From the IMG/VR virus record IMGVR_UViG_3300010356_002264: 64,000 bases of DNA. One strand, given 5' to 3'. Under the pieces are notes generated by a model. It searched no databases. It saw only the letters and a program-made list of their open reading frames with translations, and was not told the origin of the DNA. The translations under genes and the position numbers were made by a program. Numbering within the stretch: the first letter of the stretch is position 1; the number at the start of each line of letters is the position of its first letter. This document shows, one piece after another, positions 44,375 through 53,308 of the stretch. The stretch is from a virus. Its lineage: Duplodnaviria > Caudoviricetes.

Positions 44375-44932
44375 ATGAGCAGCAGCCGTCATGCCGACCT
44401 GGCGGTCAAACCGTTCGCGGTGCGCGCGATGCTCACTGCACCTCAGAAGGAGGTGATGTATCACCTTCGAGAGAGGATCCAGCGTGAGGAAGAGGTAGAG
44501 CGTGGGTACGCCCTGGTCCCGACGGAGCAGGACGTAGTCATACGCGCGATCGCGCTGCTGTGCCGCAAGCAACGGATCTCGTGGCCCTCCGACCCGCGAA
44601 AGTCGAAGGGGAACCCTCCTCGTCGACCGGAGAAGTTCAGCGCGGACCGTCTCTACTCGGTGCGCGCCACCCTCACCGAGGGGCAGAAGACCGCGCTGGA
44701 GGCCCTGCGCGAGGCCCTCCAGAAGAGCTCGGAGAAGCGAACCGGACACGCCAACCTCCCCACAGAACAAGAGACCGTCATCCGCGCGCTGTCCGACCTG
44801 GCCCGGTCACGCCAGGTCGACTGGCCCACGCACGTGCCGACGGGCAGCCCCACCTCTCCCTCCGCCCCCGCCAAGCCCTCAACCGAGTCCCTCGCAGATC
44901 CTGCACCGATCCCTAACCGGTCCAACCCGTAG
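44375..44932 (+). CDS. tandem-repeat putative DNA-binding (RHH-like) protein
   Basis: Two ~75-aa repeats VRAxLT..QK...PTEQ..VIRA...WP. Confidence 0.65.
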   Translation: MSSSRHADLAVKPFAVRAMLTAPQKEVMYHLRERIQREEEVERGYALVPTEQDVVIRAIALLCRKQRISWPSDPRKSKGNPPRRPEKFSADRLYSVRATLTEGQKTALEALREALQKSSEKRTGHANLPTEQETVIRALSDLARSRQVDWPTHVPTGSPTSPSAPAKPSTESLADPAPIPNRSNP

Positions 44933-45027
44933 ATTCCGACCGGCTCCTGCCCGAAGGTTACCTCATGACCCGCGCTGGTGCGGGCGGCCTCACGAACCGA
45001 AAAAGAACTCTCCTCGAGGGCGTTACC

Positions 45028-45621
45028 ATGAGTGACCTTCAGTACAGCACCCAGATCGACTCTGCGCAGGCCCAGATGATGGAGCTGCGCGACCTCCGCT
45101 GCGCCGTGCACGGCAAGGCCAGCAAGGAAGACCTCATCGCGCTCCAGGGCGCGCTGTCGCACAAGGCCAACCAGGCCGAGTTCTGCGCAGTCCAGGCGCA
45201 GATCGCCGGCATCCAGGCCGAGCTTGCCCGCAAGGCGGACAAGTGCGACCTCGTCCGCACCCAGGACAGCGTCGCGGCGATCGCCAGCGGCCAGTCGGCG
45301 TTCGCCCTCAAGTACGAGGTGCAGGCGCTCTCGGGCTCGGTGCAGGGCATCACGAACAACATCGCGACCCTGGCCGGCAACGACTCGGGCTGCGAGCCCT
45401 GCTACGACAAGCGCCTGACCCACCTGGCGCGCGCGCTCGCCGCGATCCACTGCGGCATCCGCGACGACCGCGTCCGCGTCGACACGCTGATCGCGGCGGT
45501 GACCGACCCGGCCACCAAGAGCGCGCTCCAGGCGCTCGCCGACAGCGTGTTCTCGCGCTGGGATCAGATCCTCGTCCAGTTCGTCAGCATCACCGGCGGC
45601 TGCGACGGCGGCAACGGCTAG
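45028..45621 (+). CDS. coiled-coil protein
   Basis: Repeated L..KA helical units. Confidence 0.65.
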   Translation: MSDLQYSTQIDSAQAQMMELRDLRCAVHGKASKEDLIALQGALSHKANQAEFCAVQAQIAGIQAELARKADKCDLVRTQDSVAAIASGQSAFALKYEVQALSGSVQGITNNIATLAGNDSGCEPCYDKRLTHLARALAAIHCGIRDDRVRVDTLIAAVTDPATKSALQALADSVFSRWDQILVQFVSITGGCDGGNG

Positions 45622-45685
45622 TTCGGGGCGGACACCCGCACCAGCCGAGGGGTGAGCTTGAGCTCACCCCTGACCCTGGACTCCT

Positions 45686-45726
45686 CAAGGCGCAGGGACC
45701 GAAAGGTCTCTGCGCCTTGTTTTTTT
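45686..45726 (+). terminator. intrinsic terminator
   Basis: 15-bp stem, GAAA loop, T7 tail. Confidence 0.9.
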
Positions 45727-45737
45727 AGGAGGCGCGA

Positions 45738-46412
45738 ATGCGGCTGTCCTTGTGCTGCGTGACCTTGGTCAGCACCTTGTCAGGATGTTCCTCGTCGCTC
45801 CCGACGAACCTCTGCGGGGCGAGCGGCAACTACCTGGTGTGCCCTGACGGCAGCAAGTGTGCCGAGGGCTTCTGTATCCCGCCCTGCAAGGTCGACGCGG
45901 ACTGCGCGACCACGCGGTGCGAGGCGGACGGGTACTGCGCCGCCAAGACCCCGGCGGGGCCGGCGGTCCCTGGCGGCTGCTACTACCTGGACACCCAGAC
46001 GATCGCGTGCGAGGTCAACACGTTCGACCCCGTCCTCAACCCGCTCGCCAACAAGTGCCCGGCCGGGTTCTCGCTCTGCGGGAGCCGGCCGCCGAGCTCG
46101 AACTTCCCGCAGATCTGCGCGATGCCGATCGGGATGGGGTTCTTCGCCTCGACCGTGCCGGGGTACGTGGTGGACGCGCCCCCCTACGACAAGGTGACCT
46201 GCACGCCCCCCGCGGGGAGCTACCTGCCGGCGCTCATCGGCTGCGGGCAGCGAGGGCTCAACAACACGCGCGTCTCGGTGCCGCTCTCGCCGGCCTGCGG
46301 GGGGTTCACGCGCGGCATGGCGTGCTTGAACATCGGGCTCGGGTGTCCGGGTTCGGACGTGCGCCAGGCGTCGGGGGACAGCCCCAGCAACGGGATTCTC
46401 TGCTGCAAGTAG
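45738..46412 (+). CDS. Cys-rich lipoprotein
   Basis: LSGC lipobox, many Cys, GILCCK end; AGGAGG SD. Confidence 0.75.
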   Translation: MRLSLCCVTLVSTLSGCSSSLPTNLCGASGNYLVCPDGSKCAEGFCIPPCKVDADCATTRCEADGYCAAKTPAGPAVPGGCYYLDTQTIACEVNTFDPVLNPLANKCPAGFSLCGSRPPSSNFPQICAMPIGMGFFASTVPGYVVDAPPYDKVTCTPPAGSYLPALIGCGQRGLNNTRVSVPLSPACGGFTRGMACLNIGLGCPGSDVRQASGDSPSNGILCCK

Positions 46413-46434
46413 GGCCGCTGGGTACGTTGCTGGG

Positions 46435-47286
46435 ATGCCCCCCTCCTACTCCCTGCTGACGGGAAACTGCGTCGACGTGCTGCCCCAGCTTCCCGCCGAC
46501 CAGCGCTTCGACCTCGTGCTCACCGACCCGCCGTACCCGGAGATCGACCGCCCCTACGGCCGGATGACCGAGGCCGACTGGCACGCGATGATGCAGACCC
46601 TGCTCCCGCTGTGCCGCGACCGCCTCACCCCCCGGGGATCGATCCTCATGGTCATCCAGCCGAACGCCGAGACGCCGGGGAAGATGCGCCTGTGGGCGCA
46701 CGAGTTCGTCCTGTGGGTGGGCCGGTGGTGGAACCTCGTGCAGGACGTCTACTGGTTCAACCGAGCCGCCATGCCGACGGTCCACTCGCGGCGCACCGTG
46801 GGGCTCCTGCGGTGCGGGATGAAGTGGCTCGTGTGGGTCGGTCCCCCCGACTGCTACCGCGCGCAGGACGAGATCCTGTGGGCTCCCTCCGACCGCATCC
46901 TCCAGGTGTCGCTCGAGGACCGGAGCTTCCAGCGCCGGCCCTCTGGCCACCACGTCGTCCAGGGGCGCACGCGCGAGGCGTTCGACGAGCGCGGGGGGAC
47001 CACGCCCTTCAACTGCTTCTTCGCCGCGAACACGGCCTCGCACCGGTCCTCCGGGGAGGAGGGGCACGGGGCCGGGATCCCCCGGGAGCTCTGCGACCGG
47101 CTCGTCCGCTACCTGTGCCCGCCTGGAGGGATCATTCTCGACCCGTTCTGCGGGATGGTCACCGTGGGGGCGTCGGCGGTCGAGTCGGGCCGCCGGTTCG
47201 TCGGCATCGACAAGGACCCCCAGTGGCGGGAGCCTGGGCTGCGGCTCCTCCGCGAGGCCGACAAGCAGCCCTTCCTGACGGCCTGA
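46435..47286 (+). CDS. DNA methyltransferase (beta class)
   Basis: LTDPPY...ILDPFCG. Confidence 0.88.
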   Translation: MPPSYSLLTGNCVDVLPQLPADQRFDLVLTDPPYPEIDRPYGRMTEADWHAMMQTLLPLCRDRLTPRGSILMVIQPNAETPGKMRLWAHEFVLWVGRWWNLVQDVYWFNRAAMPTVHSRRTVGLLRCGMKWLVWVGPPDCYRAQDEILWAPSDRILQVSLEDRSFQRRPSGHHVVQGRTREAFDERGGTTPFNCFFAANTASHRSSGEEGHGAGIPRELCDRLVRYLCPPGGIILDPFCGMVTVGASAVESGRRFVGIDKDPQWREPGLRLLREADKQPFLTA

Positions 47287-47321
47287 CAGCTCCCGCGCCC
47301 TTCGACCGCGAACCTCCCCGC

Positions 47322-48164
47322 ATGTTGTGGCCTGACCTTCCCCCACGCCCCGACCTGTTCTCGCGCAGCAGGGGCAGCTACCGCGGGGTCGGGTACGTCT
47401 GGGCCTGTCGGGACAAGCCCCTCTGCTGGAGCAGTTCCGCGACGCGGAGCCTGCTAGACGCGGTGCGGGCGCACCGCGAGACGTGCGACCTTTGCCCCGC
47501 GAAGGCGCGCAAGCCCACCGAGGAGGAGGTCCGCAGGCGCGCGGGCACGAACGAGGTACACAAGCGGGTCCCCGTCGTCCCGTACGTGGTGCCCGTGACC
47601 GAGGAGGGGCCTCCCCCCTGGGGGGTCGCCCACCTGCACGAGGCGTCGGACCCGCCCCCCAACGCGCTCGTCCTGTTCCTTCAGCAGCGTACGGCCTACG
47701 CGCTCTCGTGGCTCCAGCAGGTCCACGGGCAGCGCAGGGACCGCAACCGCGTCCTCGCCATCGTGCGCAGCACGCTGCGCGTCGAGTGGGGTGTGGAGGT
47801 CGAGGTGGCCTCCCTGCGCAAGGCCGCACGCCTCGCGCGCACCGAGCGGGTACGTCCGTGGCCCGCGGCGAGCCGAACCATCGTCCTGTCACCCTTGTAC
47901 GAGGTGACGTGGAAGCACCTCCTCCTGCTCACCGTCCAGCTGAACCAGATCCTGACGGACGTCCTGTCCTGGGTGGACACCACCCTCGGCGGCGACTGGG
48001 CCTCAAGACTCCTGATCTACGCGGCCACCGAGGTCGTGATGGGGATCGCCCCGCACACTCCGGTCTGGTGGGGCCTGGTGGCGAGCGCGGGTGGCTTCTT
48101 TCCCCTCGGGTACGTGCCGGGCGCGCGTCGCATGGTGCTGATTGACGCTGCGGTGGACACCTGA
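47322..48164 (+). CDS. hypothetical protein (paralog of the next gene)
   Basis: Start near the promoter motif; similarity to 48142. Confidence 0.6.
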   Translation: MLWPDLPPRPDLFSRSRGSYRGVGYVWACRDKPLCWSSSATRSLLDAVRAHRETCDLCPAKARKPTEEEVRRRAGTNEVHKRVPVVPYVVPVTEEGPPPWGVAHLHEASDPPPNALVLFLQQRTAYALSWLQQVHGQRRDRNRVLAIVRSTLRVEWGVEVEVASLRKAARLARTERVRPWPAASRTIVLSPLYEVTWKHLLLLTVQLNQILTDVLSWVDTTLGGDWASRLLIYAATEVVMGIAPHTPVWWGLVASAGGFFPLGYVPGARRMVLIDAAVDT

Positions 48165-48918
48165 CGAGGTGGCGGCACTTGGCCGCCGGACGCGCGCCCT
48201 GGAGCTCTTCGGGGTCTTCGGGCAGGCCGACTGGGCTCCGAGCACCTCGCCCATCCCCTGGGACGTCCCCGTGCCCTGCGACGACCTTCCTGCGTGCATG
48301 CAGGCCATCCTGCGCGACGTCAGGGCGCACAGCGTCACGACCGTTCAACGCGCGATGCTCCACTACACCACGAGGAAGGACCCGCGCCAGGCGGTGGGGG
48401 TCGTACGCGCGACCGTGCCCTCCTGGCGACCCGGGGGGCTGTCGATCTCCGCGGTCGTGCTCCAGCGGCTTCCCGACCTCGGAGGTCCCGTGGCCTGGAG
48501 CCTCATGCGCGGGGCGCTGCGGCACCAGGCCGCCTGGTGCTGTGGGGGCGTGCAGGTGCAGTCCTGCCGCGCGGTCCTGCGGGCGCTGCACGAGGTGGGC
48601 CGGGAGGTCAGGCACGTCGTGCCCCCGCACTCCTGGTGGCTGCTGCGCGCTCCTGGGTGGGTCAGGCGCACCCTCCGACGCCTGACCGCCAGGTGGGAGG
48701 ACTACTCAGCGCTGTCGGTGCTAGCGGCGGTCGCGGGGGAGCACGGGATCGACGTGTACGAGCAGGGGGTTGAAGTCCTCGCGTGGGCGGGGATGTGCGC
48801 GGCGGGGGGCTGGCCGCTCGACGAGGCCGCGCGCCTGGCGCTAGCGATCGGAAGCGGGATCGTCCCGGTCGCCAGGGTTGATGGTCAAGTCCTGTGCGTC
48901 CGACATCCGGGGGCGTAG
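48142..48918 (+). CDS. hypothetical protein (paralog of the previous gene)
   Basis: Shared PxPW, RxD..V..VRxT and C-terminal motifs. Confidence 0.55.
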   Translation: MTLRWTPDEVAALGRRTRALELFGVFGQADWAPSTSPIPWDVPVPCDDLPACMQAILRDVRAHSVTTVQRAMLHYTTRKDPRQAVGVVRATVPSWRPGGLSISAVVLQRLPDLGGPVAWSLMRGALRHQAAWCCGGVQVQSCRAVLRALHEVGREVRHVVPPHSWWLLRAPGWVRRTLRRLTARWEDYSALSVLAAVAGEHGIDVYEQGVEVLAWAGMCAAGGWPLDEAARLALAIGSGIVPVARVDGQVLCVRHPGA

Positions 48919-48957
48919 CTTCCTCCGGAAGCTTGACCTACGGGGCACGCACGCATG

Positions 48958-50139
48958 CTAAGGGCGCAGGATCGTCGAGCTCACCTTGTAGGGCGAGCAG
49001 TAGACCAGCGGGAACCCGAAGGAGGCGGCGTCCGCGATCCCCTTGAGCTTGCGTGGCATCTCAGTGTCGTCGCAGAGGCGATCGATGAGGAGGAGATTGC
49101 GCCCCATTCCAGCAATCTGTGCGCAGTCGGTTCTGGAGATATGGGGGTACACGTCCGTCCCGAGTGCCACGTCCAGACCCCAACGGGCCACCTTGTCCGC
49201 GTAGCGCCCGTCATCCTCTCCGACCAGCAGGTCACATACCCCGTAGGTAGCGGCAGCGACCTCTTGGATGCGCTCAGGCTCGATGGGACCCTTCTTCGGG
49301 TGGTTGCGCGACAACTGGAGGATGCCGCGCCGGCCCGTGTGGAGGTCCACCTGGGTGCGGTTGTGCAGGTGACCGTAGTGCAGCGGCCGGAACGACCCCG
49401 AGAAGAGGTAGTGGGTCGTGGGGTCGAGCTTGGGTAGCGGGATCCACTCCGTCCCGAACGCAGGCAGGTAGGCATCCTGACCCTCGGGGGGCAGGGAGAC
49501 GACGCGCTTGTAGTGGCCGCGCCACGAGATGGACTCGATCCCCCAGGCGGACCACAGACCCGAGTCGATGATCCCCTCGACGCGCTCACGCGCCCCTAGG
49601 AGGGCACGGAGCACTGCGAGCCCTGCGATCTCGGACTGCTGAGCCCGGTCGCACACCTTCTGCCCGTGCTGCCACAAGATGTGTGCCTCGATGGTGTTAT
49701 GGCCGCTCGGGCCGAACCGGACCACCACGTACGCCTCGTCCCCGTGGTCACGAGTCGAGGTCACGCCGGAGAGCGTGCAGGTCACCGCGGCTCCTACGGG
49801 AAGGCCCCGCGCCTGCTCCTCCAGAGTCGCGCACGAGCTCGCGCGGACCCAAGCGGCCGAGGCCAAGAGGTGCGAGGCCGCGAAGCTCGTTGCCCCACCG
49901 ACTCGAACACCATTCTCCATGCGGGTCTGCATGCGCTGGCCCACGACCTGCGTGACAGCCTCCCGACTGTAGGGAGATCCTGCGTCCATGAGGACGTTCG
50001 TGCAGCCGATCGTTCGCTGGAGGACGGCGGCAGCTTCCGCCCCACCCCCTGCGGCGTAGATGACGGTCGGAACACGCCCGTGTGCTGGGATACAGGCACG
50101 GGAAGAGTCGATCAGCTCTGATAGCGGGGTCTGGTTCAT
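48958..50139 (-). CDS. CinA/PncC-like domain fused to a HIGH-family (NadD-like) nucleotidyltransferase
   Basis: AAGGG..GCTNVLMDAGSPYSREA; LFSGSFRPLHYGHL; VSSTILR. Confidence 0.7.
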   Translation of the reverse strand: MNQTPLSELIDSSRACIPAHGRVPTVIYAAGGGAEAAAVLQRTIGCTNVLMDAGSPYSREAVTQVVGQRMQTRMENGVRVGGATSFAASHLLASAAWVRASSCATLEEQARGLPVGAAVTCTLSGVTSTRDHGDEAYVVVRFGPSGHNTIEAHILWQHGQKVCDRAQQSEIAGLAVLRALLGARERVEGIIDSGLWSAWGIESISWRGHYKRVVSLPPEGQDAYLPAFGTEWIPLPKLDPTTHYLFSGSFRPLHYGHLHNRTQVDLHTGRRGILQLSRNHPKKGPIEPERIQEVAAATYGVCDLLVGEDDGRYADKVARWGLDVALGTDVYPHISRTDCAQIAGMGRNLLLIDRLCDDTEMPRKLKGIADAASFGFPLVYCSPYKVSSTILRP

Positions 50140-50168
50140 GGGGATCAATAGCTCTAACGGGTATCAGT

Positions 50169-50176
50169 GGAGCTGA
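50169..50176 (-). promoter_or_regulatory. TCAGCTCC motif for ATG 50139
   Basis: 30-nt offset. Confidence 0.75.
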
Positions 50177-50213
50177 ACGATACCTAACTCTCACGCTCAG
50201 GACACCCCATCCC

Positions 50214-51455
50214 ATGAAGAAGACCCCACCCGAACCGTCTCGGTCTCGTCTGAAGAAGGGGCTGGTTCGCTTCCTGCCTGGAAAGCGAACCGCGCAGACC
50301 CTCGTTGAGGCGGCGAACCACGTCAAGGACCGCTACATTCCTCCGCTCTTCCTCGTCGAGGGGGACGCGATCTCCGTGTTCTCTACCGCCTGCTCGGCGG
50401 ATCCCGACAACGTCTACATGACTCGTACCGACGTGCCCGTCGTCAACAGCACGGGGGTTCGTGTCGCGGGGAAGGTGGACGAGCTCAGCGCAGAAATCCT
50501 CAAGACCACGCGACCCTCCGCGATCCAGTTCGACGGGAGCAAGGTGTTCATCCTCAGGGAGGACGGGGAGGTTGCGGAGGGTGTCGGAGGCGCGGGAATC
50601 ACCACGAGCGATGACCCAGCCGCTCTCTGGAACGAGAGGGTCGCGCCCCTCGAGGAGGTGGGCCACCTACCCACCCCCCTGCTTCGTGGGCTCATCGACA
50701 TGATGCAGCCCTTCGTGGGAGAGGACGAAACGCGCAGTCAGATCGGCTGGGCTCCCGTCGAGGTGTCTCCGGGCCTCGTGCAGGGGGTCGCAACGAACGG
50801 ACACATCCTCGTGGTCCGTCGTCTGCGATCCCCCCTCATCACCGCCACCAAGGTTGAAAAGTTCGGCATCCCGCGCAAGGCCATGCGGGCGCTGACCCGG
50901 TTCCAGGAACCTACGACCTACCTGCTCAAGAACCCTGCCCGCGACAGCATGACGTGGATGGCCCGCTGCGGGGGGCAGAACGTGTTCATGTCGCACGTAG
51001 ACTCGTTCCCCCCGTACGACGCCCTCCTGCCGTCAGCAACAGGGGAGTACATCGGGTTCGACATGAGCGCTCCCCTGCTCCGAAGCACGGTGGCGGAGGT
51101 CGTCACCCAGGCCGCTAAGACGGAGAAGAGCTCCGTCGTCCTCGACGTGAACAACGGGGTGCTGACGATCAACATCGGCGACACGGCACTGCGCTGGACA
51201 ATCCCCATCGAGTGGACGAAGGGGGACTTGGAGCCTTTCCACTCCGTCGTGGGAGTACGCTACTTGTCGCAGGTGGTGCGATCCATCACCGAGAATGCCG
51301 TGACGACGCGCATCGAGCGCGCGTCGTCCTCCAGGTCCAACGACCCCGAGCTCAGCCCCCTGTACGTGAGGGACGTGCCCTTTGGAGACCTGTTCGACCA
51401 GGAAGACACGGACCCCAACGACGCTGTCACAGCCCTCATGCCCATGCGAGCCTAA
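50214..51455 (+). CDS. DNA polymerase III beta-clamp-like protein
   Basis: VATNGHIL, FPPYDALLP, RYLSQV, C-terminal ALMPMR. Confidence 0.7.
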   Translation: MKKTPPEPSRSRLKKGLVRFLPGKRTAQTLVEAANHVKDRYIPPLFLVEGDAISVFSTACSADPDNVYMTRTDVPVVNSTGVRVAGKVDELSAEILKTTRPSAIQFDGSKVFILREDGEVAEGVGGAGITTSDDPAALWNERVAPLEEVGHLPTPLLRGLIDMMQPFVGEDETRSQIGWAPVEVSPGLVQGVATNGHILVVRRLRSPLITATKVEKFGIPRKAMRALTRFQEPTTYLLKNPARDSMTWMARCGGQNVFMSHVDSFPPYDALLPSATGEYIGFDMSAPLLRSTVAEVVTQAAKTEKSSVVLDVNNGVLTINIGDTALRWTIPIEWTKGDLEPFHSVVGVRYLSQVVRSITENAVTTRIERASSSRSNDPELSPLYVRDVPFGDLFDQEDTDPNDAVTALMPMRA

Positions 51456-51457
51456 CC

Positions 51458-51712
51458 ATGCAGAACGACAAGATCGAAACGAAACCGAAGAAAACCCTCA
51501 CCGGAGAAGCAGACTTCGTGGCCGAGATGACGCGACAGCGCCTCACCGAGTGGGCCAACCGGCAGGTGTGTCGCGTGCAGCCCGTCATCCCAGACGAGGA
51601 GCGAGGATCTCCCTACCTGGACCACGCGGCCTCCAAGGGGTGGGTGACCACGCGACGTGACGCCCTGACCGCGCAGGGGTTCAAGGTGGCCGCTGCGTAC
51701 CTGCGCCGCTAG
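51458..51712 (+). CDS. hypothetical protein
   Basis: ORF directly after the clamp gene. Confidence 0.55.
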   Translation: MQNDKIETKPKKTLTGEADFVAEMTRQRLTEWANRQVCRVQPVIPDEERGSPYLDHAASKGWVTTRRDALTAQGFKVAAAYLRR

Positions 51713-52044
51713 GAGGTCTTTAGTCCACGTCTCACGGCGGTAGGTATCCGCAGCCCCGTAGCGGCGGCCGGGCCGACGAGGTCCGACACGTTCGCTGCGC
51801 TTGAGATGTTGTCCAGACGCTGGAGCGCGCTCGCTTCGGTCAACAGGTGCTGCGTGAGGCGCACCTCACACGCGCGCCTCACGCAGCAGTCCGAACATTC
51901 GGGATGCCCCTCCAGGAAAGCCCCGAAGCTCGGGCAGTTGCTCCGCTTGGCGAGCTCGCTGGACAACAGGGGCCCGAGGTCGGGAGCGTCGGTGTCGGGT
52001 TGTAGCTGCGCGACGACGCGCAGGTTGGGTTCTGATTGGGCCAT
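51709..52044 (-). CDS. small Cys-cluster protein
   Basis: CPSFG...CSDCCVRRAC; GGAG SD. Confidence 0.6.
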   Translation of the reverse strand: MAQSEPNLRVVAQLQPDTDAPDLGPLLSSELAKRSNCPSFGAFLEGHPECSDCCVRRACEVRLTQHLLTEASALQRLDNISSAANVSDLVGPAAATGLRIPTAVRRGLKTS

Positions 52045-52053
52045 GGACGTCTC

Positions 52054-53265
52054 CTAGGGGAAGGCTTCAAGCGTCTTGGGGACGTCGACGTCCTTCATGT
52101 GGGTGTTGGCGATCCCAAGCGCGATGGAGACCGCGTCAGGGGGGAGGCGATGGAACCAGGACCGCATGCCGGCGAAGATGATCTTCTTGTCTCCGGTGAC
52201 CGCCGTCCAGCCGGCCACCTCGATGAGGTCTGAGATGTGGTTGAAGCACGCCACCGCGTCGCGATGGCTGAACGGCGTCTTGAGGACGCGTCCATTCTCC
52301 TTGCGCAGCGCCTTGACGAACTCTCCGAGGCGATCGACGAGCTCGGGACACTTTCCGAGGAGGTCAGGAAAGTGGCGCCGTAGAGCCTCCGCGGTGATGT
52401 TCCATTCAGGGTAGTCGAGGCGATGGAAGCACTCGAAGCGATTGAGCATCGAGATGTCCTGCGGCTGAGCCGTCACGTAGTCGACTGTCCGCTCGCCAGA
52501 TCCGACGGTGTTAGCCGTCGCGATGAACTGGGTCCCGCGGAGGACGGTACGGATCTTCCCGTTCGGCATCGGCACGCGCCCAGAGATGGAGTCGATGATG
52601 GGTCGGAAGATCTCCATCTGGTCGGGGCTCGCGCGGTCCAGGTCCGATAGCAGGATGAGGTAGGGCACACGATCCACGACGCTGCCGTCCGCATCCCGAA
52701 TCACGTACCCGTCGCAGATCGCGCGCAGGACCTCCCCCTCCTCCCACACGGTGGACCCGTTGTGGAAGCTGCGGCACGCGATCTTGGCTGACGAGTCGCT
52801 GTCTGGTCGAAACTCCACGAACAGGCCGGGAATACGACACAGGGCACTCACGAAGTGGATGATCGCATCCTTGCCCGAGCCCGTAGGGCCATAGACCCAC
52901 GTGGTGCGACGCTTGCGGATCGAGGTCAGGATGTGCTGAACGGAGACCTTCGACGCGCCGGTGTCCGGTAAGACGTAGTCTTCTGGCGGCGGAAGGCACG
53001 CAGACAAGGGTACTCGAAGGTCGACAGGGAATTGTATCCCAGCTAGGTTGATGGACAGGGAGCCGCGGACGGCCTTGCGGGGCCTGGTCGGGTCTACCTG
53101 GGATGCAATCTTCGCCGCGAGTCTTGGAGATACCGTCGTGGCGTCTGGGTGCTGCGCGAGGTACTGGCGTACCGTCATCGCATGGCTGTGGATCAGGTGG
53201 TCGTGTAGTGCGTAGTCCTGTGGATAACCGCACTCAAGACACAATACTTGGGACACGTTCGTCAT
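52054..53265 (-). CDS. MoxR/CobS-like AAA+ ATPase with an N-terminal Zn finger
   Basis: GPTGSGK, LLSDLDRA, IATANT, MLNRF. Confidence 0.85.
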   Translation of the reverse strand: MTNVSQVLCLECGYPQDYALHDHLIHSHAMTVRQYLAQHPDATTVSPRLAAKIASQVDPTRPRKAVRGSLSINLAGIQFPVDLRVPLSACLPPPEDYVLPDTGASKVSVQHILTSIRKRRTTWVYGPTGSGKDAIIHFVSALCRIPGLFVEFRPDSDSSAKIACRSFHNGSTVWEEGEVLRAICDGYVIRDADGSVVDRVPYLILLSDLDRASPDQMEIFRPIIDSISGRVPMPNGKIRTVLRGTQFIATANTVGSGERTVDYVTAQPQDISMLNRFECFHRLDYPEWNITAEALRRHFPDLLGKCPELVDRLGEFVKALRKENGRVLKTPFSHRDAVACFNHISDLIEVAGWTAVTGDKKIIFAGMRSWFHRLPPDAVSIALGIANTHMKDVDVPKTLEAFP

Positions 53266-53295
53266 CAGAGGATGAGCTAGGCAACGACGGGAATG

Positions 53296-53303
53296 GGAGC
53301 TGA
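53296..53303 (-). promoter_or_regulatory. TCAGCTCC motif for AAA ATPase ATG 53265
   Basis: 31-nt offset. Confidence 0.65.
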
Positions 53304-53308
53304 GCGGG

